From Minisyncoccia bacterium (lineage in GTDB: Bacteria > Patescibacteriota > Minisyncoccia > Phycocordibacterales > PALSA-1337): a stretch of 58,465 bases of DNA. The notes under the pieces were generated by a model. That model saw nothing but the letters and a program-made list of their open reading frames with translations. It did not search any database and was not told the DNA's origin. This document shows, in pieces, positions 36,530 through 46,195 of this stretch (positions within the stretch are counted from its first letter, which is position 1; the number at the start of each line of letters is the position of its first letter). Position numbers and translations under genes: made by a program. Location of the stretch: assembly GCA_049997795.1 (NCBI GenBank), contig JBEKVT010000003.1, forward strand, positions 1 to 58,465, written 5' to 3'.

Positions 36530-37192
36530 TTATCGCATCCTCCTTTCGATGATCGGGATAGCCTTCTCGATAGCCCGCTCGCGGTGATTCAATTTGCCGG
36601 ATTTCTCTGCGGCAGGCAGACGGTGCAGGGCGCCGAGGAGCATGTTGTACTCCGGGACATAGAAGATCGGTTCGAACGGGAAGCCTTCGATGCGCATGGG
36701 ATCGGCGGTCTCCGTGATGCGGCCATCGAGCGAGCCCTCGACTGTGACAGGGACGCCTACCGAGCCGTGTTCGTCGACCGGGATCAGGCAGAGGACCGTT
36801 CTGAAGTGAGCATGGCGTTTCGAGCCCGTGAGCCCTTTCAGACGCTCCAAGGCATAGGAAATGATCTCCTCGTCGGTCATCTTGTGCCCTTTCCAGCGCC
36901 GGACGTGGATGCCCGGTTCGCCATCGAGGCCGTCTATGAAGACACCAGTGTCATCGGAGACGATGATGAATCTCTCTCCGCGCAGGCTCGGAGCCTTCGA
37001 TATGGCTGCAGCGTAAGCCCGAGCCTTGATGAGAACATTCTCGCCCAAGGTCTGGCCGTTCTCTTCCGGGTCGAGCTTGCCCGGCACGAAATCAGACAGC
37101 GGCGAGATTTTGAGGCCGTGGAGGCCGAGTTGCCGGCCGATCTCCACGATCTTGCCGGGATTCGAAGTAGCGTAGATAAGATGGGTTTTCAT
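36530..37192 (-). CDS. rdgB: non-canonical purine NTP pyrophosphatase (RdgB/HAM1 family)
   Basis: 220 aa. Carries ATSNPGKIVEI, the ENA/E..G motif region, and SDDTGVFIDGLDGEPG. Confidence 0.85.
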   Translation of the reverse strand: MKTHLIYATSNPGKIVEIGRQLGLHGLKISPLSDFVPGKLDPEENGQTLGENVLIKARAYAAAISKAPSLRGERFIIVSDDTGVFIDGLDGEPGIHVRRWKGHKMTDEEIISYALERLKGLTGSKRHAHFRTVLCLIPVDEHGSVGVPVTVEGSLDGRITETADPMRIEGFPFEPIFYVPEYNMLLGALHRLPAAEKSGKLNHRERAIEKAIPIIERRMR

Positions 37193-37242
37193 GGTATGTC
37201 TGAACCCAATGATACAGTCGAGGCCGGAGCTGTCAACCGGTT

Positions 37243-39174
37243 TTATCGTACTTCCCAGCCCTTCTCTTTCATCTCCGCGTAGATCTTTTCCATTATTTTA
37301 TTGGCCTCGCCGTCGGTCAGGGTCCTGTCCATCGACTGGAACACCATGCGGAAAGCGTACGAAGTTTTGCCGTCTTTCTTGAACGTGTCGAACAGCGAAT
37401 GGCGCGCCAATAATTCAGCCGCCTTGGCATTTTCAATCCCCTTTCCGATCGACTGCCAGACGGCGTCGGCTTGGACCGATTCAGGCACGAAAACGGCGAT
37501 GTCACGGACGATGAACGGGTATTGGGAGAACCTCTTATATCGGTTGGCAGAAGCAGCCGTGAATTTCAGATCGGCGTATGAAACGTTCGGGGGCAGTTTG
37601 AAAGATTTGAGGACTTCGTCGAGGCTGATCTCGCAGACAGAGTGAACGCCTTTGGAGATCGCTTTCGGCGCAGGAATATCTGATCCGAGGGCTGTGGCTA
37701 ATGATCTAACCGCCTCAGTCAGGATCGCCTCGCTCTTCAATCCTTTGACTTTTTTGACTTGTGCCGCGCCCAAAGAAAGCATCGCCGACTCGCCTTTCGA
37801 GGTGAAAACGTGGCCGATCTCGAATATTTTAATTGCATCAAGCCCCAGAAGATCGGCATTCAAGGCATTCTTCTCGACACAAGCCGTCATGCCGTCGGTC
37901 AGATTGGCGCGTGCGAATGCCTTATCTTTTGCCAGCGGATGCGCGGTCTCAATCTCCCCTTTCGAGACGAGGGTGTAAAGGCTGACTTCGGAGAATCCTT
38001 CGGCGACAAGGACGTTCTTGATCTTTTCGCAAAGGTAGAACATCGGCAGGACCGCGACCGGCTTATCCGCCTTCGGCGGCAGGATTCCTTTGACATGCTC
38101 ATAGCCGTAGATGCGGCCGATCTCCTCGACGATGTCTTCAGGGATCGCCAGATCCAAACGATTGAAAGGAATAGTGAGCTGCCACTTCTTGCCTTTTTCG
38201 GAGATGATGATGTTCATCCTCTCAAGGATGCCCTTCGCTTCGTCGAGCGGCACTTTGACGCCCAACCGCTCTTCGATCAGTGCAGGGTCTAATTCAATGG
38301 TCGTCTGCTTCGCCTCGTTCGGATAGACGTCGACGATCGGGCCGAACCTGGCTTCCGGAGACAGTTCTTTGATCAAGGCCGACACGTTGTCCATGCCTTC
38401 AGCCGTGAGCTCCGGCGTGAGCTCATTCTCGTAGCGCTTCGAGGACTCGCTCCTTATGTCGTGCCTAGCCGAAGTGCGGCGCACGGCGGTCGGCTCAAAA
38501 TTGGCCGATTCTATGATGAGATGCGTCGTCTTGTCCGAGACTTCGGCGCGCTTGCCGCCCTTGGCGCCTGCTACCACCAAAGGGCCTAGGTCGTCAGCGA
38601 TGACGTGGTCGGCCGAGGTCAATGTCAATTCACGGCCGTCGAGGAGGACGATCTTCTCACCCTCCTTTGCCGCGCGTATTTGGATGGCGCCCTTCACCTT
38701 GTCAGCGTCGAAGGCGTGGAGCGGCTGGCCGATGTCGTACATGACCAGATTGGTCGCATCTACGATCGGGCTTATAGCGCGCTGGCCGATGGCTTCCAAA
38801 AGACGGCTCGATCTGACATAGAACTTCTCTACCGGCCTGAGTTCGACATACCGGCCCATGTAGCGCCGGCAGAACTTCGGGTCTTCAATCTTGATGGTCG
38901 GCTTCGTATCGATCGAGGCTTGAGGGGATGGGGGGTTACGGCCGGCTTCAAACGGTTGTTTCGTCAGGACGGAGATCTCCCGCGCCACTCCTTCGTGCGA
39001 CAGGCAGTAGTGCGCGCGGTCCGGCAGGATCTTCACGTCCAGGACGTCGTCATCGCCGGCTTTCTCCAGGCCCTCGACTTCGAAAGAATGCAGGGTCAGG
39101 AGCTCCGCCAGCTCACCCGCCGGCGGGATAGGTTTGTCGAAATAGGATTGCAACCAATTGCGCGAGATCTTCAT
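37243..39174 (-). CDS. pheT: phenylalanine--tRNA ligase beta subunit (short form)
   Basis: 643 aa with B3/B4, B5 and FDX-ACB-like C-terminal regions. The N-terminal OB tRNA-binding module normally placed after the first ~40 aa appears absent. Confidence 0.88.
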   Translation of the reverse strand: MKISRNWLQSYFDKPIPPAGELAELLTLHSFEVEGLEKAGDDDVLDVKILPDRAHYCLSHEGVAREISVLTKQPFEAGRNPPSPQASIDTKPTIKIEDPKFCRRYMGRYVELRPVEKFYVRSSRLLEAIGQRAISPIVDATNLVMYDIGQPLHAFDADKVKGAIQIRAAKEGEKIVLLDGRELTLTSADHVIADDLGPLVVAGAKGGKRAEVSDKTTHLIIESANFEPTAVRRTSARHDIRSESSKRYENELTPELTAEGMDNVSALIKELSPEARFGPIVDVYPNEAKQTTIELDPALIEERLGVKVPLDEAKGILERMNIIISEKGKKWQLTIPFNRLDLAIPEDIVEEIGRIYGYEHVKGILPPKADKPVAVLPMFYLCEKIKNVLVAEGFSEVSLYTLVSKGEIETAHPLAKDKAFARANLTDGMTACVEKNALNADLLGLDAIKIFEIGHVFTSKGESAMLSLGAAQVKKVKGLKSEAILTEAVRSLATALGSDIPAPKAISKGVHSVCEISLDEVLKSFKLPPNVSYADLKFTAASANRYKRFSQYPFIVRDIAVFVPESVQADAVWQSIGKGIENAKAAELLARHSLFDTFKKDGKTSYAFRMVFQSMDRTLTDGEANKIMEKIYAEMKEKGWEVR

Positions 39175-39175
39175 A

Positions 39176-39907
39176 TTAGAATTGATCCACGAACCTGAGG
39201 TCGCCGCCGTAAAGGAGGCGGATGTCGTCTATGCCGTGCTTCAGCATGACCATGCGATCGATGCCGAAGGCGAAGGCCAGGCCTTGCCACTCGTCCGGAT
39301 CAAGGCCGCCCGCTCGGAGGACGTTCGGATGGACGAGGCCTGCTCCGACCATCTCGAGCCACTTGTCTCCGAACTTGGCCTCCACCTCCACGGACGGCTC
39401 GGTGAACGGGAAGAAGCTCGGCCGGAAGCGTATCTCGCACTTCTCGCCGTAGAGCTTCTTGAAGGCCTGCTCGAGGACGCCTTTCAAATGCGCCAGCGAG
39501 ACGTGCTTGTCGACCCAGAGCCCTTCCAACTGATAGAACTGGGCTTCGTGGGTGGCGTCGGTGGCTTCGTTCCGGAAGACCTTGCCGGGCACTAAGGTGC
39601 GGAACGGCGGCTTGTGCGTCTCCATATAGCGGATCTGGACCGCCGAAGTCTGGGTGGCAAGGAGCCTTCTGCCGAGCGGCCGGCCGTTTGGGCCCTTGTC
39701 GTCCTTCGGCTTCTCCTTGATCCAAAAGGTGTCCTGCATGTCGCGGGCCGGGTGGTCGGCCGGGATGTTCAGGGCATCGAAGTTGTAGTATTCGCGCTCC
39801 AATTCCGGGCCAAGGGCTATCTCGAAACCGAGGCCGTAAAACACCGAGTATATCTCCCTGATAGTCTGGGTGAGAGGATGCAGGTGGCCGTGCTTGTCCG
39901 GTTGCAT
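39176..39907 (-). CDS. pheS: phenylalanine--tRNA ligase alpha subunit (catalytic core only)
   Basis: Start set at MQPDKHGHLHP (39907) because the longer ORF would run into tRNA-Thr. Class II motifs HPARDMQDTF, FRNE and GAGLVHPNVL / GFAFGIDR. Confidence 0.85.
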   Translation of the reverse strand: MQPDKHGHLHPLTQTIREIYSVFYGLGFEIALGPELEREYYNFDALNIPADHPARDMQDTFWIKEKPKDDKGPNGRPLGRRLLATQTSAVQIRYMETHKPPFRTLVPGKVFRNEATDATHEAQFYQLEGLWVDKHVSLAHLKGVLEQAFKKLYGEKCEIRFRPSFFPFTEPSVEVEAKFGDKWLEMVGAGLVHPNVLRAGGLDPDEWQGLAFAFGIDRMVMLKHGIDDIRLLYGGDLRFVDQF

Positions 39908-39946
39908 GGCCTTAACTATAGCATCAAGGCCGTTATTCAGAAAATG

Positions 39947-40018
39947 AGCCGGGGAGAGGAATTGAACCTCCAACCCATCGCTTACAAAGCGATCGCTCTA
40001 CCATTGAGCTACCCCGGC
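39947..40018 (-). tRNA. tRNA-Thr (anticodon UGU)
   Basis: Acceptor GCCGGGG/CCCCGGC, D-arm GCTC-AATGGTA-GAGC, anticodon stem ATCGC/GCGAT with loop TT-TGT-AA, T-arm GGAGG-TTCAATT-CCTCT. Confidence 0.88.
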
Positions 40019-40075
40019 GAAAAATAAAAGCCCTCGCGGACTTAACTGTAAACCAATCGCTCCCGGCTGTAAACT

Positions 40076-40462
40076 CTATTTCTTCGGGGGATCAGCCGCG
40101 ATCCGGCGGAGATAGAACGAGACGCCGTGATCGGAGACCTCGCCGCGGCCCCGGACGGCGTCCAGGAGCTTCTTGCCCTGCGGATTGGCGATGAAACGCG
40201 ACTTGATCGAGATATAGATGTTCCGGATCCGAAGAAGGACATGGTAGGCGGCCCAGCTCGCTATAGCCGCGGCGGTCCGGCGATTAAGATACGACAGGTC
40301 GCGGCGCACGGCCGAGAAGACGGTCTGGAAGAAATGGTCGCTGCCGGCGCCCATCTTGGAGACGAGGCTCGGCACGCCGGTTTTGAGCTCGCGCCTCTTC
40401 AATAAGATCAGGGCGGCCATGCCGGCGATGGAGATGTAGAAGATTGCGATGGTGGTGTACAT
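40076..40462 (-). CDS. hypothetical membrane protein
   Basis: 128 aa with an N-terminal TM helix. No recognised family. Confidence 0.45.
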   Translation of the reverse strand: MYTTIAIFYISIAGMAALILLKRRELKTGVPSLVSKMGAGSDHFFQTVFSAVRRDLSYLNRRTAAAIASWAAYHVLLRIRNIYISIKSRFIANPQGKKLLDAVRGRGEVSDHGVSFYLRRIAADPPKK

Positions 40463-40487
40463 GTTGGCGCGGAAGCGCGCTGGCGCC

Positions 40488-41096
40488 CTAGCGTTCGAGG
40501 ATCTTGAACCGGGCGAAGCGGCCGACGGCGATCTTCTCGCCGAACTTCTGGGTGGCCGCGTCGAGTAACCCCTTGATGGTCGTGGTCTGGTCTTTGATGA
40601 ACGGCTGGTCGAGGAGGACCATCTCGGCTAGATAGGCGTTGAGCTTGCCTTCGAGGATCTTGGCGCTCATGGCAGCCGGCTTGCCCTGCCTGCCGGCAGG
40701 CAGGCTTTTGACTTCCGCCTCGAAGACTTCCTTGGCGGCCTTCTTGTCGGCCTCGGTGACGTCCTCCTTCTTCACGAACTTCGGGTTGGTGGCCGTGACG
40801 TGCATGGCGATGTCGCGGGCCAGGGCCTTGAACTCGTCGTTCCCCGACACGAAATCGCTCTCGCAGTCGAGCTCCACGATGGCCCCGACCTCTCCCGTGG
40901 CATGGATATAGGCCTCTACGGTGCCGGCCTTGAACGTCCTGTCGCCTTTCTTCCCTGCCGCGCCGCTACCCAATTTGCGCAGGATGACCAGGGCCTTCTC
41001 GCGGTCGCCCTTGGCCTCTTCCAGGGCCTTCTTGCACTGCATGACGGATATGCCCGTGGCGTCGCGCAACTCTTTGATCTGTTCGGTGGTGATCAT
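40488..41096 (-). CDS. tsf: translation elongation factor Ts (short form)
   Basis: 202 aa. UBA-like N-terminus TTEQIKELRDATGISVMQCKKALEE. Follows rpsB. Confidence 0.93.
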   Translation of the reverse strand: MITTEQIKELRDATGISVMQCKKALEEAKGDREKALVILRKLGSGAAGKKGDRTFKAGTVEAYIHATGEVGAIVELDCESDFVSGNDEFKALARDIAMHVTATNPKFVKKEDVTEADKKAAKEVFEAEVKSLPAGRQGKPAAMSAKILEGKLNAYLAEMVLLDQPFIKDQTTTIKGLLDAATQKFGEKIAVGRFARFKILER

Positions 41097-41099
41097 GTG

Positions 41100-41795
41100 T
41101 TAGGTGGCCTGCTTCTTGCCGTCCCGGTAGGACTTGACGATCTCGTCCATGAAGAACCGGATGCTGGTCCTGGAGGCGTCATTCCCCACGATCGGATAGG
41201 CGATGACTCTGATGTCGCAGTCGGAGCTTGAGAGAGCTACGACGGGGATCTTGGCGTGGGCGGCTTCGGCCACGGCGGTCTTCTCGCGGCGCGGGTCGAT
41301 GACGAACAGGGCGTCCGGCAATTTCTTCATCGGCACGATGCCCATGAACATCTTCTCGAGCGAAGCGATCTCCTTGTCGAGGAGCATGCGCTCGCGCTTG
41401 GTGTATTTGGCTAGCTCGCCCTTCTCGCGGTCGGAGACGAGCTTCTCGTAGCGCTCGATCCTGCGGCGGATCTGCGGGAAATTGGTGATAGTGCCGCCGA
41501 TCCAGCGCCCTTCGACGTACGGCATGCCGGCAGCCTGGGCACCCGCCTGGAGGGCCGCGCTGGCTTCTTTCTTGCCGCCCACGAAGAGGACTGTCTTGCC
41601 GTCCTTTGCCAGTTGGGCCATGAAAGCCTTGGCGGCCGTAAGCAAGGGGATGGTCTTCTCCAGGTCGAATATGTCGGTGCGGTTCCTGACGCCGAATATG
41701 TAAGATCTGATGGACGGATTCCGGCGCGAGCGTCCTAGGCCGAAGTGGGCTCCGGCGGAGAACATCTCCTCGATAGTCTTGGGGGCTTCGGCCAT
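41100..41795 (-). CDS. rpsB: 30S ribosomal protein S2
   Basis: Start set at MAEAPKTIEEMFSAGAHFG (41795). The upstream 62-codon extension is R-rich and overlaps the neighbouring gene end. Confidence 0.93.
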   Translation of the reverse strand: MAEAPKTIEEMFSAGAHFGLGRSRRNPSIRSYIFGVRNRTDIFDLEKTIPLLTAAKAFMAQLAKDGKTVLFVGGKKEASAALQAGAQAAGMPYVEGRWIGGTITNFPQIRRRIERYEKLVSDREKGELAKYTKRERMLLDKEIASLEKMFMGIVPMKKLPDALFVIDPRREKTAVAEAAHAKIPVVALSSSDCDIRVIAYPIVGNDASRTSIRFFMDEIVKSYRDGKKQAT

Positions 41796-41830
41796 ATGAG
41801 CAATAAAGGTATCAAAAAGAGGCCTTGAAG

Positions 41831-43054
41831 TCAACGCCGGCCGATGATATCGGCTATATCCTTGAGCGCCGTTTTGACGTCGCGCTCTTTTGTCCACCGG
41901 CCGAACGAGAATCTTATCGAGGTCTTGCTGTCGGCGCCAATCGATTTCAAGACGTACGACTCGTCTTCGTCGCGCAGGCACGAGCTTTTGGTGGAGACGG
42001 CCACGCCCGCGGCGTCAAGCTGGAGGACGAAGAATTCGTTGTCGATATTCGGGATGGAGACGTTCAGGATGTGCGGTGAGACCTCCCCGCCGGCCGCCGG
42101 ATTGACCGTGACGTCCGGTCGGATACCCTTCAATCCATCCAGAAAGTAAGCCCTCAATTCCGCAATGCGCTCGGTCTCCTTTTCGCGCTCCGCCGCAGCG
42201 ACATCCAGAGCCTTGGCGAAGCCCATGATCGACGGGATATTCTCGGTGCCGGAGCGCATTCCCTTTTCCTGGCCGCCGCCGTGCGTGATCGGTTCGATCG
42301 GCGTGTTCCTCTTCACGTAAAGCGCGCCCACGCCGCGCGGCCCGTAGACCTTGCCGCCGTCCAGAGTGAGCAGATCGACGCCGAGCCGTTCAACATTTAA
42401 ATCGTGATAAAGAGCGGCTTGGGCAGCGTCAGTGTGAAGCAGGGGGTATCGCGCCCGCAGGCGGGAGGAGGAGTCTCCCGTAATTTCGGAGCGAAGCGGA
42501 GAAATCGGAGGGAGAGCTCCTCCCGCCGAGAGGGCGCGTGCCTGTCTTACTACCTTCGCGATCTCACGGATCGGCTCTACTATCCCGATCTCGTTGTTCA
42601 CCGTCATTATCGAAACAAGGACCGTGTTCGGTTTGATCGCTTTTTTCAATTCATCGGTCGAGATCAGTCCTCTCCGGTCGACCGCGAGGCGCGTAAGTTC
42701 TGCGCCGTTCTTTTCCATGGCGGCTGCTGTTTCCATGACGGATGAATGCTCGATATTCGAGATGACGAGATGCGGTTTTTGGACGCCTCTCCTTCGCGCC
42801 GCAAGCAAGGCGCCTCCGATCGCTAGATTGTTCGCTTCCGTTCCGCCCGAGGTGAAGACGATCTCGTCGGCGTGGGCATGGATGAAATCGCCGGTCCTTT
42901 TTCGCGCGTCTTCAAGGGTTTTTTGGGCCGCTACGCCTTCACGGTAGATAGACGACGGGTTGGCATATCCCGCCGACGAGTACCTATCCATCTCGCGCAT
43001 GACGCACGGGTCTATAGGCGTGAGGGACGCGTAATCCAGATATATGCGCCTCAT
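41831..43054 (-). CDS. cysteine desulfurase (NifS/IscS-type class V aminotransferase) carrying an in-frame repeat insertion
   Basis: Motifs FTSGGTEANN, HTDAAQA and a C-terminal SSCL-type active-site Cys region (STKSSCL). Start at MRRIYLDYAS. Contains the inserted peptide [26 protein letters not shown]. Confidence 0.88.
   Translation of the reverse strand: MRRIYLDYASLTPIDPCVMREMDRYSSAGYANPSSIYREGVAAQKTLEDARKRTGDFIHAHADEIVFTSGGTEANNLAIGGALLAARRRGVQKPHLVISNIEHSSVMETAAAMEKNGAELTRLAVDRRGLISTDELKKAIKPNTVLVSIMTVNNEIGIVEPIREIAKVVRQARALSAGGALPPISPLRSEITGDSSSRLRARYPLLHTDAAQAALYHDLNVERLGVDLLTLDGGKVYGPRGVGALYVKRNTPIEPITHGGGQEKGMRSGTENIPSIMGFAKALDVAAAEREKETERIAELRAYFLDGLKGIRPDVTVNPAAGGEVSPHILNVSIPNIDNEFFVLQLDAAGVAVSTKSSCLRDEDESYVLKSIGADSKTSIRFSFGRWTKERDVKTALKDIADIIGRR
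42451..42538 (-). repeat. palindromic ~85-bp element, copy A (in frame within the cysteine desulfurase gene)
   Basis: Matches the reverse complement of 44576-44660 with 3 substitutions and one 3-nt indel. Its terminal arms are mutually complementary. Confidence 0.9.
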
Positions 43055-43145
43055 TACGTAAAGAATATAGCCCACCCGCTATCCATTGGCAATTCACGCC
43101 ACTCATTTAGTGCAATATCTGACGGCTGACGGTATAATTATCGTA

Positions 43146-43628
43146 ATGCAATCCCTCTATTCGGCCGATCCTCTTCTCGTGGGTTTCGTCATCCAGAGTG
43201 TCGTCACCCTGGCCCTCGTCGGCCTCGTCGTCTGGCTGTGGGTGAAGCTCCACCGCTTCCTGGTCGGCATCGATTCGAAGCATCTCGGCGATTCCCTGGA
43301 CTACGTGGCCGACGAGCTGGACGACCTGAAAGATTTCCGGACCGAGCTCGAAAGATACCTGACGACCGTGGAGAGGCGTCTGAAGAAGAGCATCCGGTCG
43401 GTCCGGACGGTGCGCTTCAATCCCTGGCGCGGCGCGGGCGAAGGCGGCGATCAGAGCTTCGCCACGGCTTTCATGAACGAGGAGGGCGACGGGGTGGTCA
43501 TCTCCTCGCTCTACGCCCGGGACCACGTCAGCATCTTCGGCAAGCCCTTGAAGAAGCACGGCAGCGAGCACGAGCTGTCGGACGAGGAGAAGAAGGCGGT
43601 CGAGGAGGCGAAAAAGGGGTTGGAATAA
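43146..43628 (+). CDS. DUF4446-like membrane-anchored protein
   Basis: Start at the ATG at 43146 (MQSLYSADP). N-terminal TM helix, coiled segment, then RFNPW...GDQSFA....E.GDG.V.SSL... as in the DUF4446 family. Confidence 0.65.
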   Translation: MQSLYSADPLLVGFVIQSVVTLALVGLVVWLWVKLHRFLVGIDSKHLGDSLDYVADELDDLKDFRTELERYLTTVERRLKKSIRSVRTVRFNPWRGAGEGGDQSFATAFMNEEGDGVVISSLYARDHVSIFGKPLKKHGSEHELSDEEKKAVEEAKKGLE

Positions 43629-43711
43629 AAGATCAGGGACATCGGTAAGCGATCAAAAATGGCTAGTCTGTTCAATCAGGCGTTTTTCTGATATAGTAAT
43701 CGCTCATCATC

Positions 43712-45301
43712 ATGCCCGCCAAAAACCAGCAAAACCTGGTCCGCCGTTCTCCCGTCGTGGTGGTCATGGGCCATATCGACCACGGCAAATCCACCCTGCT
43801 CGATTATATAAGGAAGACCAAGGTGGCGGCCGGCGAAGCCGGCGGCATCACCCAGCACGTCGGGGCTTATGAGGCCGAGTACGCGACGGCCGACGGCAAG
43901 AAGCACGTCCTGACATTCCTCGACACCCCCGGCCATGAGGCTTTCTGTTCCATCCGCGAGCGCGGCGCCCAGGCGGCCGACGTCGCTATCCTGGTCGTCT
44001 CGGCCGAGGACGGCGTCAAGCCGCAGACCCTCGAGGCCCTGAAGGAGATCAAAGCCGCCAAGATTCCCTACATCGTCGCCCTGAACAAGATAGACAAGCC
44101 GAACGCCAATATCGACAAGACCAAGACGAATCTCGGCGAGAATGAGATATATGTCGAAGGCTGGGGCGGCGAGGTTCCCTGCGTCTCCATCTCGGCCCTC
44201 GACGGCACCGGCGTTCCGGAGCTCCTGGATATGGTCAACCTGGTGGCCGAAATGGCCGACTTGAAGACCGACCCGGCGAAGACGGCCGAGGGCGTCGTCG
44301 TCGAAGCGGAGCTCGACACTCGCAAGGGCATCTCCGCCACTCTTCTCATCAAGAATGGAACGCTGGAGACGGGCTCGTTCGTCGTGGCCGGCGACGCCTA
44401 CGCCCCGATCCGATATATCGAAGATTTCAAGGGCCAAAAGATCGAAAGGGCCGCCGCCTCCATGCCCGTCCTCGTCGTTGGCTGGAACAAGATGCCGGAA
44501 TGCGGCGCAGCCTTCAGGATCGTAATGACCAAGAAGGAAGCCGAACGGTCATCGGTCGAATCTAGGGATGCCGCCCGCGCCCTCTCGGCGCGAGGAGCTC
44601 TCCCTCCGATTTCTCCGCTTCGCTCCGAAATTACGGGAGACTCCTCGCGCCTGCTGGCGCCCGAGGAAAAGAAGGAAGAACCTGAGATCGTCTCTATGCC
44701 GGTCATTGTCAAGGCCGATGCCGTCGGCTCGCTCGAGGGCGTCAAATACGAACTGGCGAAGATAAGGCACGACAGGGTCCGATTGAAGATCGTCTCCGAA
44801 GGCGTCGGCGAGATAAACGAGAACGACGTCAAGTCGGCCCAGGGCGACCCGTCGATCCTCATCCTCGGCTTCAACGAAGGGCCCGATAAGAAAGCCGCCG
44901 CCATGATTGAGCGCTCGCCCGTTCCACTTCAGGTGAAGACCTTTTCCATAATATATGAACTGGCCGAGTTCGTGGCCGCCGCCCTTCTCGCCAAGGTGCC
45001 GAAAGAATACGTCGAAGAGGTGATCGGCCGGGCCAAGATAAGCGCCTTGTTCTCCAAAGACAAGGACCGCCAGATCGTCGGCGGCAAGGTCCAGGAAGGC
45101 ATGCTCGAGACCGGGGCGGCCGTCCGGATCATGCGCCGCGAGGCCGAGATCGGCCGGGGCGTCATCCGAGAGCTGCAACAGCAGAAGAAGCGCGTCGGCG
45201 AGGTCCGCGAGGGCTATGAATTCGGGACGCTCGTCGAATCGAAGACCGAACTATTTCCCGGCGACAAGCTGGAGGCCGTCAAGACGGTCGAGAAGACATG
45301 A
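43712..45301 (+). CDS. infB: translation initiation factor IF-2 (short, starts at the G domain) carrying an in-frame repeat insertion
   Basis: 529 aa. Motifs [17 protein letters not shown] and NKID. The insertion [25 protein letters not shown] lies between domain II and the C-terminal domains. Confidence 0.93.
   Translation: MPAKNQQNLVRRSPVVVVMGHIDHGKSTLLDYIRKTKVAAGEAGGITQHVGAYEAEYATADGKKHVLTFLDTPGHEAFCSIRERGAQAADVAILVVSAEDGVKPQTLEALKEIKAAKIPYIVALNKIDKPNANIDKTKTNLGENEIYVEGWGGEVPCVSISALDGTGVPELLDMVNLVAEMADLKTDPAKTAEGVVVEAELDTRKGISATLLIKNGTLETGSFVVAGDAYAPIRYIEDFKGQKIERAAASMPVLVVGWNKMPECGAAFRIVMTKKEAERSSVESRDAARALSARGALPPISPLRSEITGDSSRLLAPEEKKEEPEIVSMPVIVKADAVGSLEGVKYELAKIRHDRVRLKIVSEGVGEINENDVKSAQGDPSILILGFNEGPDKKAAAMIERSPVPLQVKTFSIIYELAEFVAAALLAKVPKEYVEEVIGRAKISALFSKDKDRQIVGGKVQEGMLETGAAVRIMRREAEIGRGVIRELQQQKKRVGEVREGYEFGTLVESKTELFPGDKLEAVKTVEKT
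44576..44660 (+). repeat. palindromic ~85-bp element, copy B (in frame within infB)
   Basis: Inverted copy of 42451-42538. A 50-nt core is identical between the two copies. Confidence 0.9.
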
Positions 45302-45621
45302 GCATCAAAGAAGTCAAGCTGAAGGAGCTCGTCCGCACTCTGGCGGCGGAATACTTCTCGCGGCAGTCGAACGGGCAGTCTCTGATCACCGTGACTGGTG
45401 CGGAGATAAAAAGCAAGGGCGAGCGGGCCGTCATCCTGGTGACTATCATGCCGGAAGAGGAAGAGAAGGCGGCTCTCGGCTTCGTCCATCGGCAGTTATC
45501 CGGATTCCGGGAATACGTCATGGGGCGCGCCAGGATGAGGCGCATCCCCTATTTCGATGTCGAGATAGACAAGGGCGAGAAGAACCGCCAGCGATTAGAC
45601 GAAATAGCCGGAGCGGTATAG
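45298..45621 (+). CDS. rbfA: ribosome-binding factor A
   Basis: 107 aa. ATGA overlap with the infB stop, conserved infB-rbfA order, KH-like pattern. Confidence 0.85.
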   Translation: MSIKEVKLKELVRTLAAEYFSRQSNGQSLITVTGAEIKSKGERAVILVTIMPEEEEKAALGFVHRQLSGFREYVMGRARMRRIPYFDVEIDKGEKNRQRLDEIAGAV

Positions 45622-45632
45622 AATCTAGTGGC

Positions 45633-45704
45633 GGCCACGTAGAAAAGTGGTAATTCGGCGGTCTGCAAAACCGCTATACGCGGGTTCGATTCCCGCCGTG
45701 GCCT
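45633..45704 (+). tRNA. tRNA-Cys (anticodon GCA)
   Basis: Acceptor GGCCACG/CGTGGCC, anticodon stem GCGGT/ACCGC with loop CT-GCA-AA, T-arm GCGGG-TTCGATT-CCCGC. Confidence 0.88.
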
Positions 45705-45801
45705 CAATCGGGGTCCCGATCGCGGGCTGTTTTCGCGGTTATTCACAGTGCACCGAAAAATGGCCGGACGGGAGTATGTGATATAATAGCCCGGCAATCA
45801 G

Positions 45802-46188
45802 ATGCAACCCCCCAAGCCCTTTCACGAGGAGCGACCGTGGGGCGAATTCACGGAGTTCACGAGGAATAAGCCGTCCACGGTCAAGCTGATCACCGTAAGG
45901 CCGGGCGAGGCCTTGAGCCTCCAGTGCCATTCGATGAGGGACGAATTCTGGCGGGTGATCTCGGGAGAGGGCATCGCGGAGATCGGCAAGGTGCGGATGC
46001 CTGCCCAAGCCGGCGGAGAATTCTTCATCCCGCGAGGGACGTATCACAGGCTGGAAGGAGGAGCGTCGCCCTTGACGGTGCTCGAGATAGCGCTCGGCGC
46101 ATTCGATGACGACGATATCGTCCGGCTGGAAGACAGATACGGACGAGCCACTCCTCCGAAAAGCGCCGGCCCGGGACAAGGCAATTGA
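45802..46188 (+). CDS. cupin, type II phosphomannose isomerase C-terminal-domain-like
   Basis: 128 aa. RPWGEF..F, SLQCHSMRDEFW.VISGEG and IPRGTYHRLE match the mannose-6-phosphate isomerase type II cupin pattern. Confidence 0.75.
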   Translation: MQPPKPFHEERPWGEFTEFTRNKPSTVKLITVRPGEALSLQCHSMRDEFWRVISGEGIAEIGKVRMPAQAGGEFFIPRGTYHRLEGGASPLTVLEIALGAFDDDDIVRLEDRYGRATPPKSAGPGQGN

Positions 46189-46195
46189 ATAAAAA

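Noticed and set aside
39908-39973. Longer pheS start at 39973.
   Set aside because: It would overlap the well-formed tRNA-Thr gene (39947-40018) on the same strand.
41796-41981. 62-codon extension of rpsB, and the 7-codon extension of the cysteine desulfurase gene (43055-43075).
   Set aside because: The extensions are R-rich or non-conserved-looking. The canonical S2 N-terminus (MFSAGAHFG context) begins at 41795.
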